Source: the human T2T-CHM13v2.0 reference genome, Homo sapiens
Reading direction: 5' to 3' (one strand)
DNA: 64,000 nucleotides
Assembly (NCBI RefSeq): GCF_009914755.1
Contig: NC_060931.1
The notes beneath the pieces were generated by a model. The model made no database searches, was not told the DNA's origin, and saw only the letters and a program-made list of their open reading frames with translations. The translations under genes and the position numbers were made by a program. Of the stretch, positions 1 through 12,230 are shown piece by piece; the first letter of the stretch is position 1; the number at the start of each line of letters is the position of its first letter.

Positions 1-189
1 GCCCCCGCTCCTACAAATCTGATTCTTTCACTATCAAACGAGGCCTTACCCTAATCTGAATAAGTTTGATACCTTCTGCCCATACTTTTCTCTTACTTTT
101 ATGGAGAAAGGTGTCCACATTTTAAACAATGGATTTAAATACCATTTTGAAACTAACCTTGTTATGAACCGAAGACACACACATATAAC

Positions 190-297
190 TGTCTTTTTCT
201 TTTGACTTCTTTTTCTTCTTCCTCTTGTCCTCCCCATGCCCTCATCTCCTCCTCCCAACCTGTTCCTCATTCTCTTTCTCTTCATCTTCCTTATCAC
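190..297. repeat. Pyrimidine-rich (CT) low-complexity tract
   Basis: Runs of ttctt/cctcc; explains the R/K/G-rich N-terminus of ORF 46..297(-). Confidence 0.8.
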
Positions 298-710
298 ATA
301 GTTCTAAGCTTTTAATGCATGTTGGAATAATAGTAAATGTATTTTATATAGTCAGAGATATTAGTTTAAATCAATTTTGTCTGGGTGACTGAAATGTATT
401 CTAAAATGATTTCATTTTATATCCATTTTGGAAATGCTAAATTATGTGCAGTGGACATGGAAAGGAATGTATTGATAGTATAGGGATTTGTCATGGGAAA
501 CCACTGTGCTAACAACAAATATGTTTACAAGATACATATTTAACTCAGGTGAAAGTGAGACAACAAAAGAAAACTAATAAACCAATAGAAACTGCTTCTA
601 CAGAGGATGATTTATGTTACCTAAAGATCTCTATTCCACCTGGATTCAGTTATTTAGAAATTATGACAAAACCGAACGATTCTGCAAGATAAAGCATTGA
701 AAGTTTTGAG

Positions 711-770
711 GTAATGGGGAAAATCCAAATGGATAGGGGAAAATTCATAGGGATAGGGGAAAACCAGCAA
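711..770 (+). repeat. Degenerate 20-bp tandem triplication
   Basis: gtaatggggaaaatccaaat / ggataggggaaaattcatag / ggataggggaaaaccagcaa. Confidence 0.75.
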
Positions 771-3700
771 GGTTGGGTGGTATATAGAAACAGTAAAAAC
801 ACTGCATAAGTACATAAATGATCCTTATGGCTATTAACCAAGGAGGAATTGCAAAGAATAAAAATATAGGTTAGAGTATCTATATGAAATCCTGCGCATT
901 GTAAGATATTAAAATCTATAAAGACTACAAAAATAAATAAAAATCTTGTTCTGACTTTTTTTCCTATTCATCAAAGTTCATTTTGGCTACACCTATGAAA
1001 GGTCAAAAATAAAAAGTAAGAGGTAAAAAATGTAACCAATAATACAAATGTTTTGAAACATACACTTTACTCATATGCATTAAACTGTACTTTTTCAGTC
1101 TTCTCTGTTCTTTTCTGATAATGCAATTCTGTTTGTCTTACTCGTTACTCGAATTTTTTTCACCTGTGGAATACTGTTTGCACATTTATTTTTGTGATTT
1201 TTTAGCAAGAAAGAAGGGAAAGCTGATGAGTCATTTTCAACTTTTTTATTCTAAAAAAATTGGAGAAATTAACCTCTTATTGAGACCTACAATGTGCATA
1301 ACCTGTGTGACAAGCTCAAAGAAGGATTTCAATCAAGTAAGGCTATGGTTAAGCTTGTTAACCAGCTTCATGCTTATTATCTAATCAAGACAGTGACACA
1401 TGAAAACATAAAACTGTAAAGAATAATTTTGGTAAATAAGTGTCCCAAATGAATAAATATTACAATCAGGGACTACTGTAGAAATCCTGAAGAGGCAACA
1501 TTACTTTCAACAGTCATGCCACACGTACATTTATACTTTTAAGTTGAATTTAAGAAAAAATAACAATTTAAATGTGTTTTTAGTTTGGTGCCATTGGGGT
1601 AGTGATCCAACTTTTAGAATCACAGTTTATATACTTTCTGGGAGCAAATATAAACATATTATCATATCCATGTCCAGTTAAATGATAAGGAAAGTCGTGG
1701 GTCTGATGTGAATGGAAGATATGCAATTTGGGGATTCACATTTACTCTCTCCATCTCTTAGGCTTGTGCAGCAAGTATGCACCACAGCATTCTAAAACCT
1801 GTGATAGCTACTCCATAGTATAACTTGGGTGAGTCTTGTGTAAAACCAGTGCATTATGGCTGTCTTAATATTAGAGTAACTATGTCAAAGTGATTTTTCC
1901 TATGTTGTGGATATCTAATGATAGTGACAGGAAGTAATTGTGAAAAGCGAGAGCTCAGACTGGTTTGTGGTTTAGGTTACTTTTTGGATATTAGTGGACA
2001 ATATTTGGCATAAGACACTATATTATTGAGCCTGAATTATTAAATCTAATATACAGTACAGTGTGACTCTGGTTTTTAGTGGAGCTGAGGTTGGATGTTG
2101 CTTTCCTGGGGACACTGTTGACATATAAAAAGACATGTACACATCCCATACATAATGCTCTTTCAGCGCATCATACAAAGAAGACATTGTTTGAGACTTT
2201 TAACACCACCAAAAATCATGCCAGCTAAAGAAAAAGGAAATAAATCCCAAAAGCCTTCTCTTTTTCAAAATCTTCTAGTTTCCATTTTATATCAAATTAT
2301 TCCTATATTCTTTCTATGAGTATTCTTCCATTCAAATACATTTTATAATGTATATTAAAATATTAAGCTAATGTTCTCTATAAACGGATTTATATTTGAC
2401 ATCCTACAGTGTACTGAAATACTAGCTTTCTGCTGTTAAATATGTTGCTTCTTATAAAGCTCTGCTTTTTTTGTGGAAAGAACCAAATAGTTTAAAAAAT
2501 TATGTCACAGAATAGCATGTAAATGACTGAGAACAAACTAGTAGAACTCATCTTCTGAGTGAATTTGGAACTGCCTATTTTTTCCTTCAGCAATACCCAG
2601 TAATGCACAAACAGTTCTGTATTAGATTATTTGTCAATGTTATTTTATGAAGAAATTTAATAAAATTTACTACTCTGCAATCCATTGAGCACTTCCTAAC
2701 TTAATTGTCATATTCTGCATTTCCTGAGATTTACAATTAAAATTGTGATGAGCCAGACATACAAACTATTCCTTTTGTGACAAGACAGGTTATTTGTGTT
2801 TTACCAAAATTACCTGAGATTTTTATTTATGAAATAAAAATCTATTAAAATCAATTTCACCCATCTATAAGTATCTATATGTAATATATTTTGTCTGAAT
2901 ATTTTTTCAACCTGTTTCTCTCCATTCCCACCACAAAAAAGATAGTTCAATTTACTATTTATGTCCATGCCAGATCCAGTTAATAAAAAATAATGGCCCT
3001 GACATTTTATATTTTCCGAGGATGATCAAATAAGAAATGGTCTCCAGACCAGAGTAAACATTTATTGTGATTAAGAAATGTTTAGTCTTCCTTATATCAT
3101 TGTCACTAGTCACCAGTATTACTTTCTAAATCTTTAAAAAAAAACACATATTAGTTTATATTATTATTGTGTCTTTTTTAAAAACTTAAGTTTAATTGGT
3201 AGAAAGACCAATACAAATATGAGAAACCACATTACTAATATTGCTCTTTCTGTGGTAATTAATGTGCTTGTAAATAGAAAACAGCATAGGATCAAAAATT
3301 AAGATTTTATTTTTATTACATTTTCTAGGTGATAAATTTAAATACTTGTAACAATTTGCCACTGGATTTAAAAATATATAGGATATTCCTTACTAAACAG
3401 GGATACAAAAGTCCATCTTTCTTTATGCCAGTTCCCTTGTTTGTTCTTTCTAGTATCTTGGCTGGCGGCAGTGGGAATGAAGTATCATATTGATTAATGA
3501 CTTTGTATGTGATTTTATATAGGCATTAAATGAGAGAATCAACTTTAAGAAAACCATTTACTTATTCATTTCACCACACTCTCAACAACTACTGATTAAT
3601 TTCCAGATATTGGACTTGATGACAGGCCGATTAGGAAAATAATAGCCTTGTTAATTGAGGAATTTGAGAAAAGGAGACCATTGGCAGGTAACATTGACAA

Positions 3701-3829
3701 CACTCCAAATTCCATTTTAGAAGTGTCTTGACCAGTTTTGGACTGCTTGGAGAAGTTCTGAACAAGTTTAAATAGCTCTCTGGTTGATATCTGAGTATTT
3801 CTTGCTTCCATACCTAATTTTATGGCTTG

Positions 3830-3972
3830 AAAAATTGACCTCTTTGAGGGTCAGCATCCTACAAGTAAAATGGAATTAATACCACCAACCTTATAGTATT
3901 GGGTGGAAAAACTGCACAGTGTATATATGAAGATACTTTGTCAACTATAGAAAGTTATGCAATGAATTATAT
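3830..3972 (+). mobile_element. MIR SINE relic
   Basis: Degenerate core (cagcatcctacaagtaaaatggaattaataccaccaaccttatagtattg) resembling the MIR ctcatctgtaaaatgggaataata...cctcatag motif. Confidence 0.55.
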
Positions 3973-4110
3973 TGCTGGAAAGACATTTAACTAAAAAAAT
4001 CTAGAGGGCATTTGTGTAAGTGTAACTTAAGTATACAGGACTATAGATTTATATATTGCAGTTTAAAAAAAGAATTTTAATAAAAATCTTAGAAGCAAAT
4101 GACCTTTCCT

Positions 4111-5140
4111 AGCACATCAAAAAGATAATTTGCCATGATGAAGTGGTCTTTATTCCAGGGATGCAAGGATGGTTTGACATATGCAAATCAATAAATGTAA
4201 TCCACTGCATAAACAGAACTAAGAACGAAAACCATATTATCATCTCAATAGATGCAGAAAAAGTATTTGATAAAATCCAACATCACTTCATGATAAAAAC
4301 CCTCAACAAGCTAGGCATAGAGAGAATATACCTCAGAATAATGAGAGCCATCTCTGGCAAACCCACAACTAACATCACATTGAATGGGGAAAAATGGAAA
4401 GCATGTCCTCTAAGAACAGGAACAAGGCAGACTGGGAGTAAAGATTTACAAATTATGCCTCTGACAAAGGATTAATTTTGACAATCTATAAGGAACTGAA
4501 AAAACTCAACAAGAAAAGCAAACAACCCCATTAAAACCTGGGCAAAGGACATGAACAAGTATTTCTAAAAAGAAGAAATACAAGCAGCCAAAAAACACAA
4601 GAAAAAATTCTCGACATCACTAATTATCAGAGAAATGCAAATTAAAACCACAATGAGATACCATCTTAGAACATTCAGGGTGGCTTTTACTAAAAAGTCA
4701 AAAAACAACATGTTTTTTGGTGTCCACCAATAGCTGATTGGATAAAGAAAATTTTGTATATATACTTTATGGAATAGTATGCAGCCATAAAAAGGATGAA
4801 ATTATGTCCTTTGCAGCAACATAAATGGAGCTGGAGGTCATTGTCCTAAGTGAACTAACACAGAAGCACAAAATCAAATATTGCATGTTCTCACTTACAA
4901 GTGGAAGCTAAACAAAGGATACATATAGACATAAACTTGGGGAAAACAGAATCTGGGGACTCCAGGGAGGGAGGGAGGGATGTGATGGTTGAAAAATTAC
5001 CTACTGGGCGCAATATTCAATATTTGGGTGATGGGTAGACTAGAAGTCCATCCCCCACCATTTCTCATGTAATATCCATGTAACAAAAAATGACACATAC
5101 CCTCTGAATCTAAAATTTAAAAAAAATAAAATAAACAAAA
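4111..5140 (+). mobile_element. 5'-truncated LINE-1 (L1PB-type 3' UTR) with internal deletions
   Basis: ORF 4143..4475 translates to L1 ORF2 RT (FIPGMQGWF...[15 protein letters not shown]); L1PB-like 3' UTR (gttgaaaaattacctactggg...gatgggtagactagaag); A-rich tail to about 5140. Confidence 0.92.
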
Positions 5141-5639
5141 TACGCAGAACAGCTAACACAGAGTAGTGAGCCAAGAACGCTTAATCATTTGACTAGGGAG
5201 CAAAGACAAAAGACCAGTATACTCCAGAGGACATCATAGACAATCACAAGATATTACAGATGTTTTTTGTTAAACAAAAATTTGTAAGATTTGTATCTAT
5301 TTTCTCTGTTAATGACCAATTCTACTTTGTTTACAGTTAGCTATCATCCATTGAAATGAAACCAATATTAAATATTATTAAGGCAATAAAAATACTTAAG
5401 CTAAAATAAAAGGAATCAGATTAAAAAAAAGGTGGGGGTGGGGGGAGGCAATGCCCAAGATTTGAAAGAGAAATAGGACAGTGCAGTCACAGAAGCCAGA
5501 AACACCAAGCCTAATCGATGCTAGGTCCATGATAGAAAAACCACATACCTCACTGACAGATACACAGGTGCTTCATTATATTAAAGAGGATGTTTTCAGC
5601 AAATAATTATGAAGATTAAGAACTACAGATGAAATAAGA

Positions 5640-5815
5640 GGTGTTGTCTTTACCAAGTCTCTCTCCTTTCTCTCTCAAGCCAATCACATGCCAAATCCAG
5701 TTCTTTCTGTCTGCACAAATATCTCTTTAAATTCCTCCTCACTTTCATCACCCCTACTGTGAGAAGTTGAGTGGAATTATATTCTAATAGAAGCTTCCTA
5801 ATTTCTCAGACCTCA
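5640..5815 (+). mobile_element. L2 LINE relic
   Basis: ccaatcacatgccaaatccagttctttctgtctgcacaaatatctct resembles the L2 3' region. Confidence 0.45.
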
Positions 5816-5893
5816 AACTTAGACGGCCAGATCCCTAAGAGAGAATAAAGAGGACATATGGAACTTGATGACGAGAGGATTTTACTCCAAACC

Positions 5894-6241
5894 TGTTAGT
5901 TTGCTCTGACTATCATAATGGAATACCACAGGCTGGGTGGCTTCAACAGCAGAAATGAATTTTCTCACACTTCCGGAGGCTGGAAGTCCAAGATCAAGGT
6001 GCCATCAGGTTTGGTTTCTGATGATGCCTCTCTTCCTGGCTTGTAGATGACCACCTTCTTGCTGTATCCTCACATGGCCTTTCCTTTGACCATATATGAG
6101 AAAAAGATCTGTGCTGTCTCTTCCTCTTCTTATAAGGACATTGGTCCTATCAGACTGGGGCCTCCTTTTATTACCTCACTTTGCCTTACTTTCTTCCCTA
6201 AAGCATCTTCAAATACAGTCACATTGAGGGTCAGGGCTTAA
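5894..6241 (-). mobile_element. MaLR solo LTR (MLT1A/A0-like)
   Basis: Hallmarks ataccacaggctgggtggcttcaacagcagaaat, ggaggctggaagtccaagatcaaggtgcc, cttcttataaggaca, aaatacagtcacatt. Confidence 0.85.
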
Positions 6242-6979
6242 TGTCCCATGCTTTCATTTTTAGGACATGATGCTTCTGCTAAAACTGTTGCCTCGGCTTG
6301 CAATGTCTTGTCTCTCAAGGCTCACTTCTAATTTCCAGGGCTTCTGTGACAGGGGGAAGAAATCATTCCCAAAACTCCTTGAGCAGAAGTTAGTTGCTGA
6401 CTTGTCTGTCTTTATCAAATATTCTGAGCTTGTTAAGGCCGAGAATGTTTGTTCATATTTTAACTAACATAGCCAAAACAACAGAGAAGCAGCCCTTTCA
6501 CATAGTAGGTGCTCAGTAATTGCTCTATCAATAAATGAATATATTGTGAGAAAATGAGAGAGGTTATGTAGAAGAGTTCTTAGAAATGTGTGTTAGGCAA
6601 AGAAAGGTGAAAAACAGAATATGTCCTTAAGAAGAATAAAAGCTATTATTTTTCTCAAAAGGGAGAAACTATCTTCATTTTATAAAAAGAAGCTAAGAAC
6701 ATGCTTCCTCTGACCACTTAGATGAAACCGCCACATAAATGACAGACAACGCAAATCTAATTTGCTAGGCATCACGAAACGCAGCTTGATTGAAAAGGAT
6801 GCATATGTCATTTTCCTGGTGTAGCAACAAGAAAAACGACCAAAGAGGTGGATATGAGCAGAAACAATTAAAATATGCCCTTTATAACACATAAAGTAAA
6901 AAAAAAAAAAAAATCCCTGTACCTCACTTCATAACCTAAGGAAGAGTAGAAAAGTGTCCATGGAAAAATGGTCTATTGT

Positions 6980-6982
<3 letters not shown>

Positions 6983-7010
<28 letters not shown>
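6983..7010 (+). repeat. Orphan poly(A)28 tract (second tract A16 at 6898-6913)
   Basis: Direct count; no Alu or L1 body upstream. Confidence 0.95.
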
Positions 7011-7013
<3 letters not shown>

Positions 7014-7719
7014 TCTTGTTCAGAGTTCACACTGAGTATCTTTTCGTAAGAAATTATATAGCAGCGCAATTAAAATGAAATACTAATTGTAACAAGAAAA
7101 GATGGTGACTGCAGAACATAACTCAGCCTTAATAGATTTTCTAATGCCTTTCTTTATACCAAAGGGGAGTACCCCTTTAGCCAATAAAGTAAATTTTCTG
7201 ATCTCCAAATGGATACTTTATCCTCATTCAGGCTGATATTGCAGCGACATCATAAATTTCTCAGACAGCTTTGTGAATCAGCAGAGTATTTCAGAGGGGA
7301 ACACTGAGTGCTAAAAGCAAAGTCATTTTTTAAAGAGCCTTTAAATAAGTAGATGAAACATTTCATTTTGGGTCAAGGATGCATTTACTCCAGCAACCTG
7401 GAAGAGCAGAGAGGGCCGAATCAGTTGGGAAGAAATCGAATAATGTTACCGTATCAGCGAAACCTCAAATTACATAGTTTTGCAGGTCAAACATTTTTGA
7501 CTTTTCCTTTTTCGCATCCATGTCTATAATTCTTATTTTCAAAAAGCTTAAGTATTTATATTTGATGAAATATCACCCTGTGTTTCTAAAGTATCTTTGA
7601 AAAGCCATTAACTAATTTGCTCATAATAAACTTTCAGGTCTAGAAGAAACTGGTTTTCTTTCTAGTTAAATAATCTGTTGAAAAGAAAAAGAAGGCAAGA
7701 AAAATGGAAACATCCTAAT

Positions 7720-7825
7720 GCAACCACTTAGCAAATGTTCTGAGTGCCACCACGTGTCAATACTGTCTTAGGTGCTAGGAATACTGAAGCAGGCAGACAA
7801 AGTCCTTTTCCTCACTTCTAGTTAT
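7720..7825 (-). mobile_element. L2 3' end relic
   Basis: gcaaatgttctgagtgccaccacgtgtcaatactgtcttaggtgctaggaatac. Confidence 0.6.
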
Positions 7826-8227
7826 ACTAAAGAACAGTGACTCCTACCATAGATAGTGATCAAAGGTCAAGTTAACTGGACCCGAGATAGGGATTTTTCT
7901 CTCCTTTGCTCTGGAGCATTTATGAGTGTTTATGAATAATCAAAATTGAGATTTAAGCTTAACTCAATCTTGAATTGCTTAATATAGACTTAGGTTTTAA
8001 TAAAAACTTGCATATATTTTACCTCCCATTCTTTATTGATATAAATATACCTTAGCTTGGAAATTCTGAGTAGATCAGGTAATACCTTTAAAATGTTATA
8101 TTGCCTACAGAATCGGGTTGAGAGTATAGCCTAGGATATTTATAAAAATATATAATGCTGAAACTATGTGTGTTCAGAAAAAAACATTTTCCTACACAAA
8201 ATAATATTTATATATTACTGACAAATT

Positions 8228-8338
8228 TCTTTCTTTTTTCCTCCCCTCCCTCCGTTCCTCCCCTCCTCCCTCCCTCCCTTCCTTTCCTTCCTTCCTTCCT
8301 TCCCTCCTTCCCCCCTTTCTTCCTTTCTTCTTTTTTTC
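8228..8338. repeat. (CCTT/CCCT)n polypyrimidine microsatellite
   Basis: Direct sequence. Confidence 0.9.
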
Positions 8339-8370
8339 TATATCTATGTGTATTCTTCAGTATTTACACA

Positions 8371-8455
8371 CAGATGCTCCATGATGGGTCACATCCAAAC
8401 TTATCATAAAGTCAAAAAATTGTAAGTCAGACTATCACAAGTCAGAAACCATCTG
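8371..8455 (+). mobile_element. Internally deleted MER47/Tigger5-type MITE
   Basis: Termini cagatgctcc...ccatctg followed by TA; internal aagtcaaaaaattgtaagtcagactatcacaagtcag. Confidence 0.65.
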
Positions 8456-8846
8456 TATGTACATTCTTGTGTCTAGTCACTTGTGTGGGAATGAAGGAGG
8501 GAGGAGGGAAGAAGGAGGAGAGGTGTATCTGGTGTAGATAGTTTAAATTCCAGATTTCCCCTCAAGAGGAAATTTTGGTCTTCAAATTATAATTCTGTGG
8601 TTTTCCTGTTGTCTGCTGACAAGTTTTTAACTAATGTAGAATCAAGGGATTTTACGCTACAGAAAGTTTATTCCTAAGATGAGTGTCTCGATCTAATCTT
8701 ATTTCATAGTTGTTACATCTGTGTATGAAATGTATCATTATTTATGTATGTTTTCAACTCATATTTATTCTTAAATATATTTAGCCTTATCCCAAACAAT
8801 AATAAATTGAAATCACAGTTTGGTATTACATATGTATGTGTGAGAT

Positions 8847-8869
8847 ACACACACACACACACACACACA
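8847..8869. repeat. (AC)n microsatellite
   Basis: Direct sequence. Confidence 0.95.
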
Positions 8870-8925
8870 GAGATTCCATTAAACAATAAAATTAATATAT
8901 AGTCATAAATATGTGTTACTTAAGC

Positions 8926-9140
8926 CAGGGATCAACAAACTTTTCCTGTAAAGAGCCTGGCAACAAATGATTTAGGGTTTTTTTAGACCCAGAGTAGTTT
9001 ATGTCACAGCTACTCAACTCTGCTGTTCTAGTACAACAGCCATAGACAAATAAATGGATGGGCATGGTTGTGTTCCAGTAAAACTTTATTTATAAAAACA
9101 GGCTAGATGTGGCCCATGGGCTATATATTTTAGTTCCATG
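8926..9140 (+). mobile_element. MER58A (hAT-Charlie MITE)
   Basis: cagggatcaacaaacttttcctgtaaag...ctactcaactctgc...gttccagtaaaactttattta; flanked by atctagat (Charlie-type target). Confidence 0.85.
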
Positions 9141-9539
9141 ATCTAGATATATCCCACATCACCAATGATAGGCATACCATTCTTTGCGAAATAATGCTTT
9201 AACATAATTTTTGAGTTATGATGCTAGTGTATATCCAGCCCTTTTGTACTTCTTAGATAGCATTCCTGGCCCCAAAAGTGTGGTGGGTTTCTGTCAAGAT
9301 CTGCACAACAATGGAGAGATTGAAAGAACCTATGCTGGTATTCCTGCTTAGAAAAGAATAAAACACGCTGTGCCGATTAGTATTTTAAGTTTTCTAAGTG
9401 TTCTCGGTGGTAGGTTGAAAAAAAGTAATATGAGTTAGCAGGCTTAAAAATCTTAAAGTACAAAAATTTTTATAACACACTCACATTTATTACTTCAGTA
9501 ATAAGATGTGTATGTCAACTACATATCATATCTTTACTA

Positions 9540-9665
9540 TTAAAATGTAAATTCATTGAGGGAGAGGACCTTGAATATTTATTCTTGTTTCCCATACATT
9601 TCTGCATGCAATAATATCCTAATAATTATTTACTGAATGAAGAGTGATAGATGAATAATGAATAA
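9540..9665 (+). mobile_element. L2 3' end relic
   Basis: aaatgtaaattcattgagggagaggacc...tttactgaatgaa. Confidence 0.55.
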
Positions 9666-10208
9666 ATAAGAAAATAGAGCAAGTATAAAATTAGAGGAAA
9701 AGAAATAGTTAAGTAAATAGCATGTTAATTTATTTGCAGAAGTGGGATTTCTTGTTAAGAATATAAAAATCAGCTATGGCATTACAGATGGACTGTAAGT
9801 ACTTAAAAAGCAATAGATTAACTGTTGAATTAGATAGCAAAATATAGATAGTAGATAATATGCGTTCTCATAAAAATAAACAACATCTAACAGGAGACTT
9901 CTCATAAATAATTTGATACAATTTGAACAAACCTTAATTTTCAATAGAATAAGAATATTTGAAAAATGAAGAATGTTGAAGTTTTACTGTTCTTTTAATT
10001 CATTTTTTAACATGGCATGTAATGTTCTTATTAAATTAACTAACATCTTATTCTTTTCTCTGTAGCAAGAATTAAATTTGAAAGACCATATGAAGAAGCA
10101 CAGTATTTATCCAACCAACATTAAAATGTCACTCTGGGAGATTATTTCAAATTACTTTTATAGTTTTGAATGATTTTTAATATTATCATTGATAAACCAT
10201 CTAAGTTA

Positions 10209-10598
<390 letters not shown>

Positions 10599-11099
10599 CT
10601 AAAAGTGCTTTTACAGTTTGTTAGGCAACTAACATACCATTTAAAATAGATTGAACTCTCTATTTACTCAATATACCATATCAGTTTCAAATGGTTATGA
10701 GTAGTGGTTTAAGAAAGTACCATACTTTAAATGTAGCTTTGATAAATATTTACAAGAATGGCTCTAATGCATCTGACAGATACTTCCATTAAAGGATATA
10801 TATTTGTGTGGGGTGGCTTTATCTGAGGAAAAAAGCTTACACTAAAAATAAGATAGGGAATATATTGACAAACACATTAGAACATATTGCCTTCTATAGT
10901 TTAATATCACATTTGATGTTTAAAGAGTTGACCCTCATTTAGCTTGAAGTTACAAAATATCACTTGGACTAAGTGGCTAGAAAATAGAGCATCAGAAATA
11001 GTAATCATCTTTATTACCTAGAAAATACAGAAATGCCAAAAACTTATTAAATCACAAAATATTATGTCTAAGATTTAAAATAGCAATAGCAATAATTTA

Positions 11100-11385
11100 A
11101 AAAGATATTTTTAATGAGGAAAATATATTACTATTCTTATTAGTGAAATAGTTCTAATTTATCTACCATGATGAAATCATATATGGGAGATAAATTATAA
11201 GTATATGCATATACATAATCACTCTAATTATTTCAAGACTTTTGAGCAGCAGTATCTTTTTTAAGTAAGCTATATATTACTATTAATTCACTGGGCAGTG
11301 CAATTACAGGGAATTTTCTTCATTTTTGTTTAATCTATCTTTTCTAAATATTCTGCACAGAAAATGCATTACTATATAATAAAAT
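11100..11385 (+). mobile_element. Ancient L1M (ME/MC-type) 3' end relic
   Basis: ctgggcagtgcaattacagggaattttc...tttctaaatattctgcacagaaaatgcattactatataataaaa. Confidence 0.5.
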
Positions 11386-12067
11386 TATTTATATTTAAAT
11401 ACACACAATGTAAAAAAGTTCCACTGGCCGCTTTTTAAAAGCATTGTTTTTTAAACATTATTAACTATATCTAGTTATATTTTTATATTATAGTTACTAA
11501 ATATATGACTGAAGTATTAGTAATAAGATTTATACATTCTTTTGTGCCAGTAACACTTTAAACTGTCCTCAAATCTATAATGTATGCTTATTAGAATTAA
11601 ACATCTAAATATTATATAATTATTGATATACAATTTTCCTTAAAAAATCCATTGATCTAAGTTAAATAACAGGCAACCAGAATCCAAAAGTATTACTAGG
11701 CAGGTGGTGAATACTAATAAAGTTTTTAAAAAGATCTTTGCTAAAAAGCTCAAATGAGTGATACTTGAAGAGTAAGCTGGTTGCATTTGAACCGAGGATC
11801 TACGTGTGCAAAATCCACTTATAGAAGTTCAGAGTTCAGCTGTGCAGCTGCATGTTCAAGTGAAAGATAAACTCATCTCCAAATTGTTGCATGGCTATTT
11901 GTTTTAAGTTTGCATTTGCAAAAACTCTTAAGTAGACAGTTTAAATACCTTTGTTAGCTATACCTTTTGTTAGAAGACACCTGGACTATAAAAATAAAGA
12001 TTTAATTAGAAAAATGTGTGAGGTACTTGGGAAAGAAAATGAAAAACAAACTAACAAAAAAAAACCA

Positions 12068-12230
12068 GGCCTTAGCTTCTGGGTAGCCCCAGGCCCCTGC
12101 AGCATCCTGCCATTAGCTGTGCATCCTTGGGTGAGTCACTTTATCACCCTGGGTCTCCATTTCCTCATCTGCAAAGTGAGACATTTGGATTTCATACTAA
12201 ATTGTTTCCAGTTAGAAAATTCAATAATTT
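12068..12230 (+). mobile_element. MIR SINE
   Basis: ttagctgtgcatccttgggtgagtcactt...ccatttcctcatctgcaaagtgag. Confidence 0.75.

Noticed and set aside
46-297. 83-aa minus-strand ORF ending at a GG|GTAAGG donor-like site
   Set aside because: N-terminus comes from a low-complexity CT tract; no AG acceptor after the pyrimidine-like stretch; no recognisable protein
4143-4475. 110-aa ORF with reverse-transcriptase motifs
   Set aside because: Fragment of dead L1 ORF2, not a host gene or novel RT system; the same applies to ORFs at 16521 and 17548
11014-11050. Minus-strand pyrimidine-TAG|GTAATA sites (similar at about 13745, 37658 and 43852)
   Set aside because: Weak donors or tracts; such AG|GT words are common in AT-rich DNA and I have no conservation data
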